This document shows, piece after piece, positions 18,242 to 26,146 of a DNA stretch of 33,401 nucleotides. Both the position numbers and the translations under genes were made by a program. Location of the stretch: IMG/VR virus record IMGVR_UViG_3300032304_000486, positions 1 to 33,401 of that record; one strand, given 5' to 3'. The notes beneath the pieces are model-generated. The model was not told the origin of the DNA and made no database searches. It saw only the letters and a program-made list of their open reading frames with translations. The stretch's first letter is position 1, and each line of letters starts with the position of its first letter. This DNA comes from a virus (lineage: Duplodnaviria; Caudoviricetes).

Positions 18242-18643
18242 ATGCCTTATAAGGATCTCGCAGTCCGCAGAGAAAAGAACAAAGAGGCAAATAAGCGCTG
18301 GTATCAACGAAATAAAGAAAAGCATCAAAAGCTTACGGCCAAGAATAGGCGTGACTACCGCCAATTGTGGATGGAGTTCAAAGCGACGCAAGACTGTACG
18401 TTTTGTGGATTCTCTCACCCGGCCGTTATTGACTTTCACCATGTCATTCGCACGGAGCCTAAATTTTCTGTCAACAAGCTGGCCCAGCAAAGTTCTTATA
18501 GAAAAGCCCTGGAAGAGATTAAGAAGTGCATTCCGCTTTGTGCTAACTGCCATCGCATTCTCCATTGGCAAGAACAACAAGACGGCAAAGAGGATCGCCG
18601 AAAGCGTCGCAAAAAGAAGAAAAAGACCGACGGGCATCCATAA
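18242..18643 (+). CDS. HNH endonuclease-like protein
   Basis: CTFCG...DFHH...KCIPLCANCHRILH, with basic N- and C-termini. Confidence 0.85.
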   Translation: MPYKDLAVRREKNKEANKRWYQRNKEKHQKLTAKNRRDYRQLWMEFKATQDCTFCGFSHPAVIDFHHVIRTEPKFSVNKLAQQSSYRKALEEIKKCIPLCANCHRILHWQEQQDGKEDRRKRRKKKKKTDGHP

Positions 18644-18793
18644 TCATTTCCCGATGGCCGTCAGCACCATGCCAATATTGCTGATTGCGAACCCAAAGAA
18701 CATGATCGCCTGGCCAAGTGTTGCCTGTCGGGCGAACGTTATCGCCACGACTAGGTAAATTAACCCCACAAACCCGATTAACCATGGACCCAT
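18644..18793 (-). CDS. small membrane protein (49 aa)
   Basis: Manual translation MGPWLIGFVGLIYLVVAITFARQATLGQAIMFFGFAISNIGMVLTAIGK; two hydrophobic segments. Confidence 0.6.
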   Translation of the reverse strand: MGPWLIGFVGLIYLVVAITFARQATLGQAIMFFGFAISNIGMVLTAIGK

Positions 18794-18947
18794 TTTTTAT
18801 ACCCAAAAAAGTTGAAAAATCTAGAGCGATCGCCCCGTACAGTTAAGTCAATGGGGGGGACCCCAAAACCCTGTTTTTGTTGCATCGCGCAAAAACACAC
18901 CCCCTGGCCAGTTGCAAAGGCCAAACGTTCGATTGGCTTTTGTAAAT

Positions 18948-19625
18948 TCACTCTAATCCGCCCCACTTTGCCACTTGGTCCAGCGTCATCGGTGGATCCT
19001 TGCGGTTTTTTCGGTTATCGATGGTCGCCTGGACTGCCAGCTCCAGCACTTTTCCCGCATCCACGCCCTTATCTGCCAGGCGCCTGGCGCATTCCAGGCT
19101 TGCCGCCACGTCGCGGACCACGCCGGACCCGCGCTCGACGCCCTGGCGGAATGCTTGAGCAATACTCTGAACTAGCTCGCTATCACCCCCCGTACCCCCC
19201 TTCTTATTATTAAGGTCGTCCATCTCTTCCCGGTATTCGTCATCCTCTGCGATTAGAGGCCTTGCGGCTAGGAATTGCTCCCTGGTCGGCATCGGTGTTC
19301 CAGGGCCATCGAAGAGTACCTGGTAGCGATTCGTGAAGTAAGCCGATCTGCGGCGAAATGCGAAGGGATAGGCCTTCGGTTGTAGCTTTCTGATATACCC
19401 GGCCTTGATTAGTCGTCCGACGTGCGTAGAGACGGTTTTAATCGATCTGCTGACGTGTCTGCCTAGCGTCTCCCTGGATGGAAAGCAAATGCCGTATCCA
19501 TTCGTATGTAAACAGATTGCGGCCAGGACCCGGAAGGTTGTTGGGTGCAAACTGTCGTCCTGGACGGATCTCGCCGGAAGTATCGAATACTTGCGTGTCT
19601 TTGGTTTCTCAGAATGGGATGTCAT
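18948..19625 (-). CDS. helix-turn-helix protein (replication initiator/regulator-like)
   Basis: FRVLAAICLHTN..GICFPSRETLG...SIKTVSTHVGRLIKAGYI...TNRY, a typical winged-HTH N-terminus. Confidence 0.75.
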   Translation of the reverse strand: MTSHSEKPKTRKYSILPARSVQDDSLHPTTFRVLAAICLHTNGYGICFPSRETLGRHVSRSIKTVSTHVGRLIKAGYIRKLQPKAYPFAFRRRSAYFTNRYQVLFDGPGTPMPTREQFLAARPLIAEDDEYREEMDDLNNKKGGTGGDSELVQSIAQAFRQGVERGSGVVRDVAASLECARRLADKGVDAGKVLELAVQATIDNRKNRKDPPMTLDQVAKWGGLE

Positions 19626-20289
19626 CGTCCATATCCAGTAATGAATTGCCCGTCTTTACCTTCGGCGTCGCGGCCTCACGTGCCAGGCGTTCTTCGGTTG
19701 ATTTGCGGATCTGTTCGAAGGCCGTTGTTACCTTGACCGTTGACGACCCAGGGAATTGCTTGGTTAGCTCGATCACTTCCTTGGGGATCCACTTGACCAC
19801 ATCTTCCAGGGCGAAGTACGCGTAATCCGAATCCTGGGGTATCGCGGCCCGTGTTCGTACCAGTTTCACTACTAACCCGGCCGGATGTTCCGCTTGCCAC
19901 TCGGTCCGGTCCACGGGCTGGTGTCCAGCTTCGCGGATCCTTTGATCTGCCAGGCGCAATCCGCGAATCATTGCCTCGCATCTCTGCTCGACAAGATATC
20001 CCGCTTTAGCATCCCTGGCCGTCTCCTGGATAAGCGTCATTTGTTTGCGGAGCTTGCTTGCCAACTCATCGCCGCACAAAGTGAAAGATCTTGCATAGCC
20101 CCAGGTTTCATTAAATCGATTCAACTCATCACGATAAATCTTTACCTGGTTTAAATCTTTCCAACGATCCAACGCATCAACCGGTCCGCCGGACAAGACA
20201 GGACATTCTCCTAGAGAGGAGAAATGTCTGTCCGTGCTTGGCGCTCCCTTGTCCGTCTTTGTCCGTCGCCCTACAACCCTTGTATTCAT
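19609..20289 (-). CDS. hypothetical protein with an SSB-like acidic tail (MDDDIPF)
   Basis: Long ORF; the start is uncertain and ATG20289 was chosen for its AGGAG RBS. The 5' end overlaps the iteron cluster. Confidence 0.65.
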   Translation of the reverse strand: MNTRVVGRRTKTDKGAPSTDRHFSSLGECPVLSGGPVDALDRWKDLNQVKIYRDELNRFNETWGYARSFTLCGDELASKLRKQMTLIQETARDAKAGYLVEQRCEAMIRGLRLADQRIREAGHQPVDRTEWQAEHPAGLVVKLVRTRAAIPQDSDYAYFALEDVVKWIPKEVIELTKQFPGSSTVKVTTAFEQIRKSTEERLAREAATPKVKTGNSLLDMDDDIPF

Positions 20290-20375
20290 TGGGTTCTCCT
20301 TGTCTGTCCGTGTTGTCCGTCCATGTCCGCCAGCAAAGTTATCCACAGGCTCCGGACAATTCCGTTTTGTCCGTC
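20190..20375. repeat. putative replication origin: TGTCCG(T) iterons, inverted repeat and DnaA box
   Basis: Seven direct TGTCCG(T) copies (20229, 20250, 20260, 20305, 20314, 20324, 20368) and two inverted CGGACA (20190, 20353). Imperfect palindrome GACATTCTCCT-AGAG-AGGAGAAATGTC. Perfect DnaA box TTATCCACA at 20339-20347. Lies just downstream of the primase-helicase gene. Confidence 0.65.
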
Positions 20376-20403
20376 TTTTATAGGGTTAACCCTTACATTT
20401 AGC

Positions 20404-22302
20404 TCATAATTTAGGTTCATGCTTGTCCTTCCATATCCAACAATAATCGTCCCACTTGCCAACAATGCCGCGTTCCTGGAGCGCTTTCGCGGCGCGTAAG
20501 AATGCTTTCTTTTTGCTATCGTCCGATCCGTCGCTGATCTGTTTGCTCATCGAGAAGTCGCGCCACAATGATTCGCTCACCGAGTAGTAACCCTTCGGAA
20601 TGTAATTACCGATCGATCTCTGCTCCCCGGCGTTTGCTAGTGCATCGTGTAACGCGTCCAGGATGAGTCTCTGTTGTCCGCTGAGTTTCTTCCTGGCCAC
20701 GATGTCCGCTGGCTGGTCGGTGGCTTCCAGGACCAGGCTGGTTTCCGCTTCCAGGGACAAGGGACCGGTGGCCAGCTCAACGCTGATCGTCTTAAATTGC
20801 ATTGGTTGTAACGGTTCCGCGTCTTTCTGCTTCTCGGTGGTTAGCAGTACGCGATCGTTGTCGCGCTCTACTTTGATGCTGACATCCACGGCACCGATTA
20901 GGGCAGTAGATCCGCGCGCCCCGCGATTGCTATCCTTGCCGGAGTGATGGATTGGGAGTACGGCGCACCCCAGGGCCTCGCGTACCAGGTCCATGTTTTT
21001 GACCGCTTTGCCCATGTCCTGGGCGGAGTTCTCATCGCCGCCGATCATGCACCTGGCAACGGTATCGAATACGACCATCGCGACGGGTACTTGCGGGTCC
21101 CTGGTTGTCTCGATCGTTTGCAGTAGGTCCAGGATCTCGTTGTCATCCAATAGGTTGACGGCTTTAGGGATTAAGTAGAAGGGCGCCTCTTCGTCGCGTT
21201 CGTGATGCTGATGCCAGGCTCCGATCCGCTTTCTAAATCCGCCAACGCCTTCGCCCGCCACGTAGAATACTTGCCCCCTGGTTACTTCATGGCCATGCCA
21301 TTGCGCGCCGTGTGCAACGGTGAGCGCAATATCTAGCGCCGTGAAAGTTTTACCGCCGCCAGGTTCGCCGTAGATCATGGCCAGGGATTGTTTTGGGATC
21401 AGTCCATTGACTAGCCAGGTGACTGGCGGCAATTGTGCAATCTCTTTTAACGTGAGAATGCGTAACCTGGGCGGGCTAACGGGCGCTTGCCAATCTTTTG
21501 CCAGGGGCGCGACCTTGGCCAGTTGTACCAGCTGGTCCTTAGATCCGCCGTCCTGTATCCAATCGAATACATCGGCCTTCTCTTTCAGGTTCGGCAGTTC
21601 CAGGATGCGGACTTCCTGGGCAACGCTGGCCAATTGCTCAACCAGGACTTTAGCGTGATTGCGGCCGGCCTCATCGTTGTCCGGCAGTACGATGATCTTG
21701 CGCCCGGCAAAATGCTGGTTCAAATCCTGGGTCCATTTCTTGGCACCGCCTGAGTTGCAAGATGCCAGCAATCCCAGTTTCTTTAGGGCCTCGACATCCT
21801 TCTCCCCTTCGACCAGGAAGATAGTCTTTCTCGGATGCTCCAGGATGGCCGGAAGGTTGTAAGGTAAGGGTGTAACGCCTTGAAGGTTCCATACGTGTTT
21901 GCCATTTTCCAGGCGCCTCTGCCGGAAGTCTTTTGGCTCGAATCGTAGGACTTCGTACACGATCTCGCCGTACGCATTCACGTACGGATAGACTTCTTTG
22001 ATGCGACGCGGGATGATGGGCCTAAGATCTTCTGTCTTGCTTGCCCTGGGCGTGAGATGGATGCCTAAGTTTTCACTCATCCAGGCTTCGATCTTCGCGC
22101 CCCCAGTTTCTTTCTTGATGAGATCGGATACGCCGCCGCCTTCGTTCTGTTCGTGGTCGTACCAGGTTCCCTTTTCAAGATCGATTGACTTGGACCCATG
22201 GGTTCCAAACCGGATCTCTTTACCAGGTTTGGATAACTTCGTATTTGGTTCGCCCCAAAAATACTGGGCGACTTGTTCTATGTGTTGTACCAATTCCGTC
22301 AT
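20404..22302 (-). CDS. primase-helicase (TOPRIM + RepA/AAA_25-type SF4 helicase)
   Basis: FLVEGEKD, LPDNDEAG, Walker A GEPGGGKT, YVAGEG, VVFDTVAR, HHSGKD..RGARGST. Confidence 0.9.
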   Translation of the reverse strand: MTELVQHIEQVAQYFWGEPNTKLSKPGKEIRFGTHGSKSIDLEKGTWYDHEQNEGGGVSDLIKKETGGAKIEAWMSENLGIHLTPRASKTEDLRPIIPRRIKEVYPYVNAYGEIVYEVLRFEPKDFRQRRLENGKHVWNLQGVTPLPYNLPAILEHPRKTIFLVEGEKDVEALKKLGLLASCNSGGAKKWTQDLNQHFAGRKIIVLPDNDEAGRNHAKVLVEQLASVAQEVRILELPNLKEKADVFDWIQDGGSKDQLVQLAKVAPLAKDWQAPVSPPRLRILTLKEIAQLPPVTWLVNGLIPKQSLAMIYGEPGGGKTFTALDIALTVAHGAQWHGHEVTRGQVFYVAGEGVGGFRKRIGAWHQHHERDEEAPFYLIPKAVNLLDDNEILDLLQTIETTRDPQVPVAMVVFDTVARCMIGGDENSAQDMGKAVKNMDLVREALGCAVLPIHHSGKDSNRGARGSTALIGAVDVSIKVERDNDRVLLTTEKQKDAEPLQPMQFKTISVELATGPLSLEAETSLVLEATDQPADIVARKKLSGQQRLILDALHDALANAGEQRSIGNYIPKGYYSVSESLWRDFSMSKQISDGSDDSKKKAFLRAAKALQERGIVGKWDDYCWIWKDKHEPKL

Positions 22303-22305
22303 GGG

Positions 22306-22334
22306 AAAAAAAGACCGCGGGATTAGCCGCGGCC
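22306..22334 (-). terminator. intrinsic terminator between the SSB-like gene and primase-helicase
   Basis: Minus strand GGCCGCGG-CTAATC-CCGCGGTC followed by T7. Confidence 0.7.
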
Positions 22335-22350
22335 CCTACTCAAAGGTTAA

Positions 22351-22920
22351 TCAAAATTCGTCGTCAGATGCCGCTGGCGCTGGGGCCTTGGCTGGGGCTG
22401 GTTTTGAAGTTTGTTCCTGAGTAAACCCACGTGGATCGTACAAAGCAAAATCGGCTGGTGCATCGACCCATTTTTCTAGTGTGAAATTAGGTACCTGGGT
22501 GGATCCCTTGCCGATCGCGATTACCGTTGCGCCGGTAAACTTTAAGACTGGCACCTTGCCAGGGTTAGCTACCGCCTGGTCCGAGATCTGTCCCCAAATT
22601 GCGGACAATCCCTTGTTGCTACCAGCTGAGTTGGTGGACCACTCGCGCTGGCCAATCGTTTTGGAATACATTTGCAGAGAGAATCCGCGCTTGTGTTCAT
22701 CGCTAGGCTGATCGCCTTTAACACCCGGCCGCGTGTCCCATGACCAGCTCGGTGATGATCCGGCCACGATCTTTCCCCATCCTGTTTTCAGGCTCGTTGG
22801 ATCTACCAGGAATTGCCCTAGTTGGATCTGTTCGCCGTCAACGTTCCAGGTGCCGGTGCTTGCGTTGTAACGGATGTATTGCCCGCCGCCTTCGCCGGTA
22901 AGTCCTAAGTCAAAGCTCAT
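22351..22920 (-). CDS. putative single-stranded DNA-binding/annealing protein
   Basis: 189 aa, aromatic beta-rich core, Pro/Ala linker and acidic C-terminus SDDEF; located in the replication block. Confidence 0.55.
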   Translation of the reverse strand: MSFDLGLTGEGGGQYIRYNASTGTWNVDGEQIQLGQFLVDPTSLKTGWGKIVAGSSPSWSWDTRPGVKGDQPSDEHKRGFSLQMYSKTIGQREWSTNSAGSNKGLSAIWGQISDQAVANPGKVPVLKFTGATVIAIGKGSTQVPNFTLEKWVDAPADFALYDPRGFTQEQTSKPAPAKAPAPAASDDEF

Positions 22921-23272
22921 TGTCTTGCTCCTTCTTGCTATTTGCTAAATTGAAATTAAAAAGCCCGTATTGACGATGCCACAAGAGCATTGTCTCTTCC
23001 GGGATCACGTACAAGCGCGGCTTCCTGTCAGCTCTCACTACCAGGAAGTCACTTCCTTGTTGCTCCAGGGCGTCATAGAGTACGCCAAATCCTGTCTTGC
23101 GCCGCTTGCATTCGATCGTATAGCCGGCCAGCATAACGTCGCCGCAAAACATTCCGCCAGCTCCGCCTGATAACGGGACGCGCTGGGCCTCAATGCCTTC
23201 GGCCTTCCAGGTATGCACGACTTCGAGTTCTAGTTCCGCGCCCCGCTCGCGGTTGCGCTTACCCCCGGCCAT
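22910..23272 (-). CDS. Holliday junction resolvase (PD-(D/E)xK, Hjc-like)
   Basis: RERGAELELE, RVPLSG, GDV...IECKRRK, VRADR. Confidence 0.8.
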   Translation of the reverse strand: MAGGKRNRERGAELELEVVHTWKAEGIEAQRVPLSGGAGGMFCGDVMLAGYTIECKRRKTGFGVLYDALEQQGSDFLVVRADRKPRLYVIPEETMLLWHRQYGLFNFNLANSKKEQDNEL

Positions 23273-23450
23273 GGATCACCTGGTCGATGCGATCTTCTAC
23301 ACTAGTGCGGCGGCCGGTAAGGCCCAGGGCGATCAGCTCTTCGGCCAGGCTAGACATTGAGCGGCGTTCCTTGCTGGATTGCTCCTGAAGTTCGCGGCGC
23401 AATCGCTCGGTAAGGTGTAGCTGGGTGGGTTTTGTGGGGTTTTCTGTCAT
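23259..23450 (-). CDS. ribbon-helix-helix (Arc/CopG-like) regulator
   Basis: TQLHLTERLRRELQEQSSKERRSMSSLAEELIALGL; first gene of the leftward block. Confidence 0.7.
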   Translation of the reverse strand: MTENPTKPTQLHLTERLRRELQEQSSKERRSMSSLAEELIALGLTGRRTSVEDRIDQVIHGRG

Positions 23451-23483
23451 GGTTGTGGTTTATTTACAAATTATTTTTGTTTT

Positions 23484-23516
23484 GGTATTGCAATGGTATC
23501 GCAATGGGACCATAAT
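23484..23516 (+). promoter_or_regulatory. early promoter with a tandem operator repeat
   Basis: TTGCAA (23488), 17 bp, CATAAT (23511), overlapped by GGTATTGCAAT/GGTATCGCAAT direct repeats. Confidence 0.65.
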
Positions 23517-23551
23517 AAAAGCGAACAGTAAACAAACGAAAGGTAAACAAG

Positions 23552-23824
23552 ATGGAAACTTACGACATAGACCCCTCAGTATCCCAGCAAATGTTTGGTT
23601 GTGACATTGAGCGATTCGCAAATCGGATCGTCGATTCAGGCCAGTATCAACGGTGCGGCGGCCTCACCATCGTGATGGGTATGCTCTCCGACTGCCAGGA
23701 AATGCTCGGCATCGAAGGCGACAACGGCCAAAGCAAAGAGAACATTCGCCAGGCACTCAATCGCGCCAAGTTCTTACTCGCAGAAATGCAAGACGGCAAC
23801 ATGATCCCAGTAGTTCAACGTTAA
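23552..23824 (+). CDS. hypothetical protein
   Basis: 90 aa, AAGGT RBS, first gene after the promoter. Confidence 0.65.
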   Translation: METYDIDPSVSQQMFGCDIERFANRIVDSGQYQRCGGLTIVMGMLSDCQEMLGIEGDNGQSKENIRQALNRAKFLLAEMQDGNMIPVVQR

Positions 23825-23840
23825 TCCAGGAGAAATCACC

Positions 23841-24428
23841 ATGAAAAATTATTTCAGTTGTGCAGACACCGCCAAGATTATTCGCCAGGTCCTTAAAGAA
23901 TCATTCCCAGGCGTTAAGTTCAGCGTCAAGTCCAGCACCTACTCGATGGGTGCCAGCATCACCGTTCGGTACCAGGACGGGCCTACTGCCGACGCAGTAA
24001 AAGCCGCAGTCTCGATCTTCGAGGCGTCCTACTTCGACGGGATGCAAGACTACAAAGGCCAAAGATACTCCGCGATCGACGGCCAGGAAGTTAGCTTCGG
24101 CGCCGACTACGTGTTTGTTGATCGTCAGATCAGCGACGAGTTGTACGCCGCGGCCTTAGACGCTCTGTACGAAAAGTTTGCCGGTAACTTCCGAGACGAC
24201 CCGCTTCCACGTGTGACCGTCGCCGATGTTAAGAATGGCGCGTCATTCTGCCGCGAAATCCCTGGCATGAGTAACGGTTTATACGGCGGGTTCAATAGAC
24301 GCCTGGAAGAAGTTGTCAAAGAGCTGGACGCCGACTTCCCGGTTCAGCAGAGCGCGACGCTCGCCAGGATCACCAGCCTGGGCGATGACGGGTACGGTCA
24401 AGGTTGTGTCGGTAGGTTAGCCGCATGA
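23841..24428 (+). CDS. LPD29-domain protein
   Basis: DTAKIIRQVLKESFPGVKFSVKS..YS.G.SI.V...DGP...FDGMQDY; AGGAG RBS. Confidence 0.75.
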   Translation: MKNYFSCADTAKIIRQVLKESFPGVKFSVKSSTYSMGASITVRYQDGPTADAVKAAVSIFEASYFDGMQDYKGQRYSAIDGQEVSFGADYVFVDRQISDELYAAALDALYEKFAGNFRDDPLPRVTVADVKNGASFCREIPGMSNGLYGGFNRRLEEVVKELDADFPVQQSATLARITSLGDDGYGQGCVGRLAA

Positions 24429-24673
24429 AGTTGGCGATCCTACGCCGGACCGTGTTCCAGGGAGATGAGGTCCGTCTCCCGATGGCGGTTGTCCTGGCCA
24501 AGCGCTTGGACGTTCGCGAGTACGCGACGTTCTTGCAAGACCAGGGCGGCGCAATGTACGCGGGACTTTATTCCAGGGACTACGAGGCGGCATTCGGTGA
24601 GTACGAGATCCGTTGCCGCGCCGCGAGTTCAGTCAACGATCCAGGTAGAGAAATCAGCGAGGTGAAATTATGA
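24425..24673 (+). CDS. hypothetical protein
   Basis: 82 aa, ATGA-coupled on both sides. Confidence 0.6.
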   Translation: MKLAILRRTVFQGDEVRLPMAVVLAKRLDVREYATFLQDQGGAMYAGLYSRDYEAAFGEYEIRCRAASSVNDPGREISEVKL

Positions 24674-25356
24674 AAGTGATTGCGTATTACCGTGTGAGTA
24701 CCAAGAAACAAGGCGAGAGCGGCCTGGGTTTAGAGGCCCAAAAAAATACCATCAATCGATTCCTGGCCAGCTCACCCTATGAGCTAGTGTCCGAGTATGT
24801 TGAGATCGAAAGCGGCCGCAAGACTGACAAGCGCAGACCACAATTGCGCGCGGCCCTGGAGCAATGCGAAAGAGAAGGCGCGACCCTGATGATTGCCAAG
24901 CTTGACCGTCTAACCCGTAACGTCGGATTTTTGACTACGCTCTTGGATCGCCAGGTCCCGATCATGGCGCTCGATATGCCAAACCTTCAGGACCCAGCGA
25001 TGAGCCGATTCATTCTCCAGCTGATGGCCAACGTGGCAGAGCTAGAGCGCGCTCAGATTTCTGACCGTACTAAGAAGGCCCTGGCGGCGCGCAAGGCCAG
25101 GGGCATGACATTGGGTTCACCTACACCAGCCAACGGCGCCCAGGCCGGGGGATTGGCTACGGCGGGGCAAGCAAACGAGTTCGCTTCCCAGGTTTACCCG
25201 GTGATTGCAGAGTTGCGCGAGTTCGGTTGCAAGACCCTGGAGAAAATTGCCCAGGGTTTGAGTGCGAGAGGAATTGCAACGGCCACCGGCAAAAGAGCCT
25301 GGTCGATTAGTGCGGTTCGTAATGTTGTTAATAGATACGAGGGAGCGTTAGCATGA
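24670..25356 (+). CDS. serine recombinase (resolvase-type catalytic domain plus short DNA-binding domain)
   Basis: YYRVST..Q, ESGR...RPQL, AKLDRLTRN, AELER..IS.RTK.AL...K.RG..LG. Confidence 0.92.
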   Translation: MKVIAYYRVSTKKQGESGLGLEAQKNTINRFLASSPYELVSEYVEIESGRKTDKRRPQLRAALEQCEREGATLMIAKLDRLTRNVGFLTTLLDRQVPIMALDMPNLQDPAMSRFILQLMANVAELERAQISDRTKKALAARKARGMTLGSPTPANGAQAGGLATAGQANEFASQVYPVIAELREFGCKTLEKIAQGLSARGIATATGKRAWSISAVRNVVNRYEGALA

Positions 25357-25874
25357 GTAACTTAATTTCTAGAGCAGTTCAGTTTGCGGACCAGGCGCAT
25401 GATGGTCAGGTGCGTAAGTTTTCCGGGGTGCCGTACATCGCTCACCCTATGGAAGTGATGCAGATTGTCCGCGGTGTTTGTAGTGATGATGATGTCCTGG
25501 CCGCCGCAGTTTTGCATGATGTCATTGAGGATTGCAAAGTAACTTACACCGACCTGGTGATCGAGTTCAACGAAAGAGTTGCGCGCCTGGTGTACCAGGT
25601 AACGAATGCCGCCGACAAGTCAGACGGTGATCGTATGTCCAGGGCGTACATCAATCGCACGATCCTATCGAATGCAAGCGCCGAGGCGCAGACGATTAAG
25701 CTGGCCGATATCATTTCAAATCTTGGCACGATTGAGCTGGCCTTTGAATGTGATCCAGTATGGGCCGCGATGTACCTGGAAGAAAAGATCGACACAATCA
25801 ACGTGTTAACCAGGGGCAATATTCAGTTAATCAAAAGAGCGAGATCTCTCGCGGCGAGGGGAATATTGCAATGA
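25353..25874 (+). CDS. SpoT/Mesh1-type HD hydrolase (small alarmone hydrolase)
   Basis: AHDGQVRKFSGVPYIAHP, AAAVLHDVIED, VA.LV..VT, IKLADIISN. Confidence 0.85.
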   Translation: MSNLISRAVQFADQAHDGQVRKFSGVPYIAHPMEVMQIVRGVCSDDDVLAAAVLHDVIEDCKVTYTDLVIEFNERVARLVYQVTNAADKSDGDRMSRAYINRTILSNASAEAQTIKLADIISNLGTIELAFECDPVWAAMYLEEKIDTINVLTRGNIQLIKRARSLAARGILQ

Positions 25875-25975
25875 TCGACGCATTGATTCAAGGCTTACTT
25901 TTTATGGCCATGGGGGTCATAGTGATTTTGATTGTGGTAATGGCAGTTTATTTAATGGAGAAATTTCAACGATGA
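25871..25975 (+). CDS. small membrane protein (34 aa)
   Basis: MIDALIQGLLFMAMGVIVILIVVMAVYLMEKFQR; ATGA-coupled. Confidence 0.5.
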   Translation: MIDALIQGLLFMAMGVIVILIVVMAVYLMEKFQR

Positions 25976-26145
25976 AAAGAATCAAAGAGATAGTCCTGGA
26001 GTGTTTAATTGTTTTCGTGTTCGGCGTTTTGTTCAGCGTGTTCCTGGTTGAGTGGGCCGTCGGGTGTGGAGAGTATTACATTGATTCGCGCGGCAATGTA
26101 ATTCCAAATGAGTGCGTGTTCTTAGACTTCCCGAAAGGAAATTAA
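25972..26145 (+). CDS. small membrane protein (57 aa)
   Basis: Manual translation MKRIKEIVLECLIVFVFGVLFSVFLVEWAVGCGEYYIDSRGNVIPNECVFLDFPKGN; GGAG RBS and ATGA coupling. Confidence 0.6.
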   Translation: MKRIKEIVLECLIVFVFGVLFSVFLVEWAVGCGEYYIDSRGNVIPNECVFLDFPKGN

Positions 26146-26146
26146 A

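Noticed and set aside
18053-19213. Long overlapping ORFs around the GNAT/HNH/HTH genes
   Set aside because: They overlap well-supported genes and show no recognisable motifs or RBS.
20190-20375. CRISPR-like or guide array
   Set aside because: The repeats are 6-7 bp with irregular spacing and there are no Cas-like genes; they fit iterons better.
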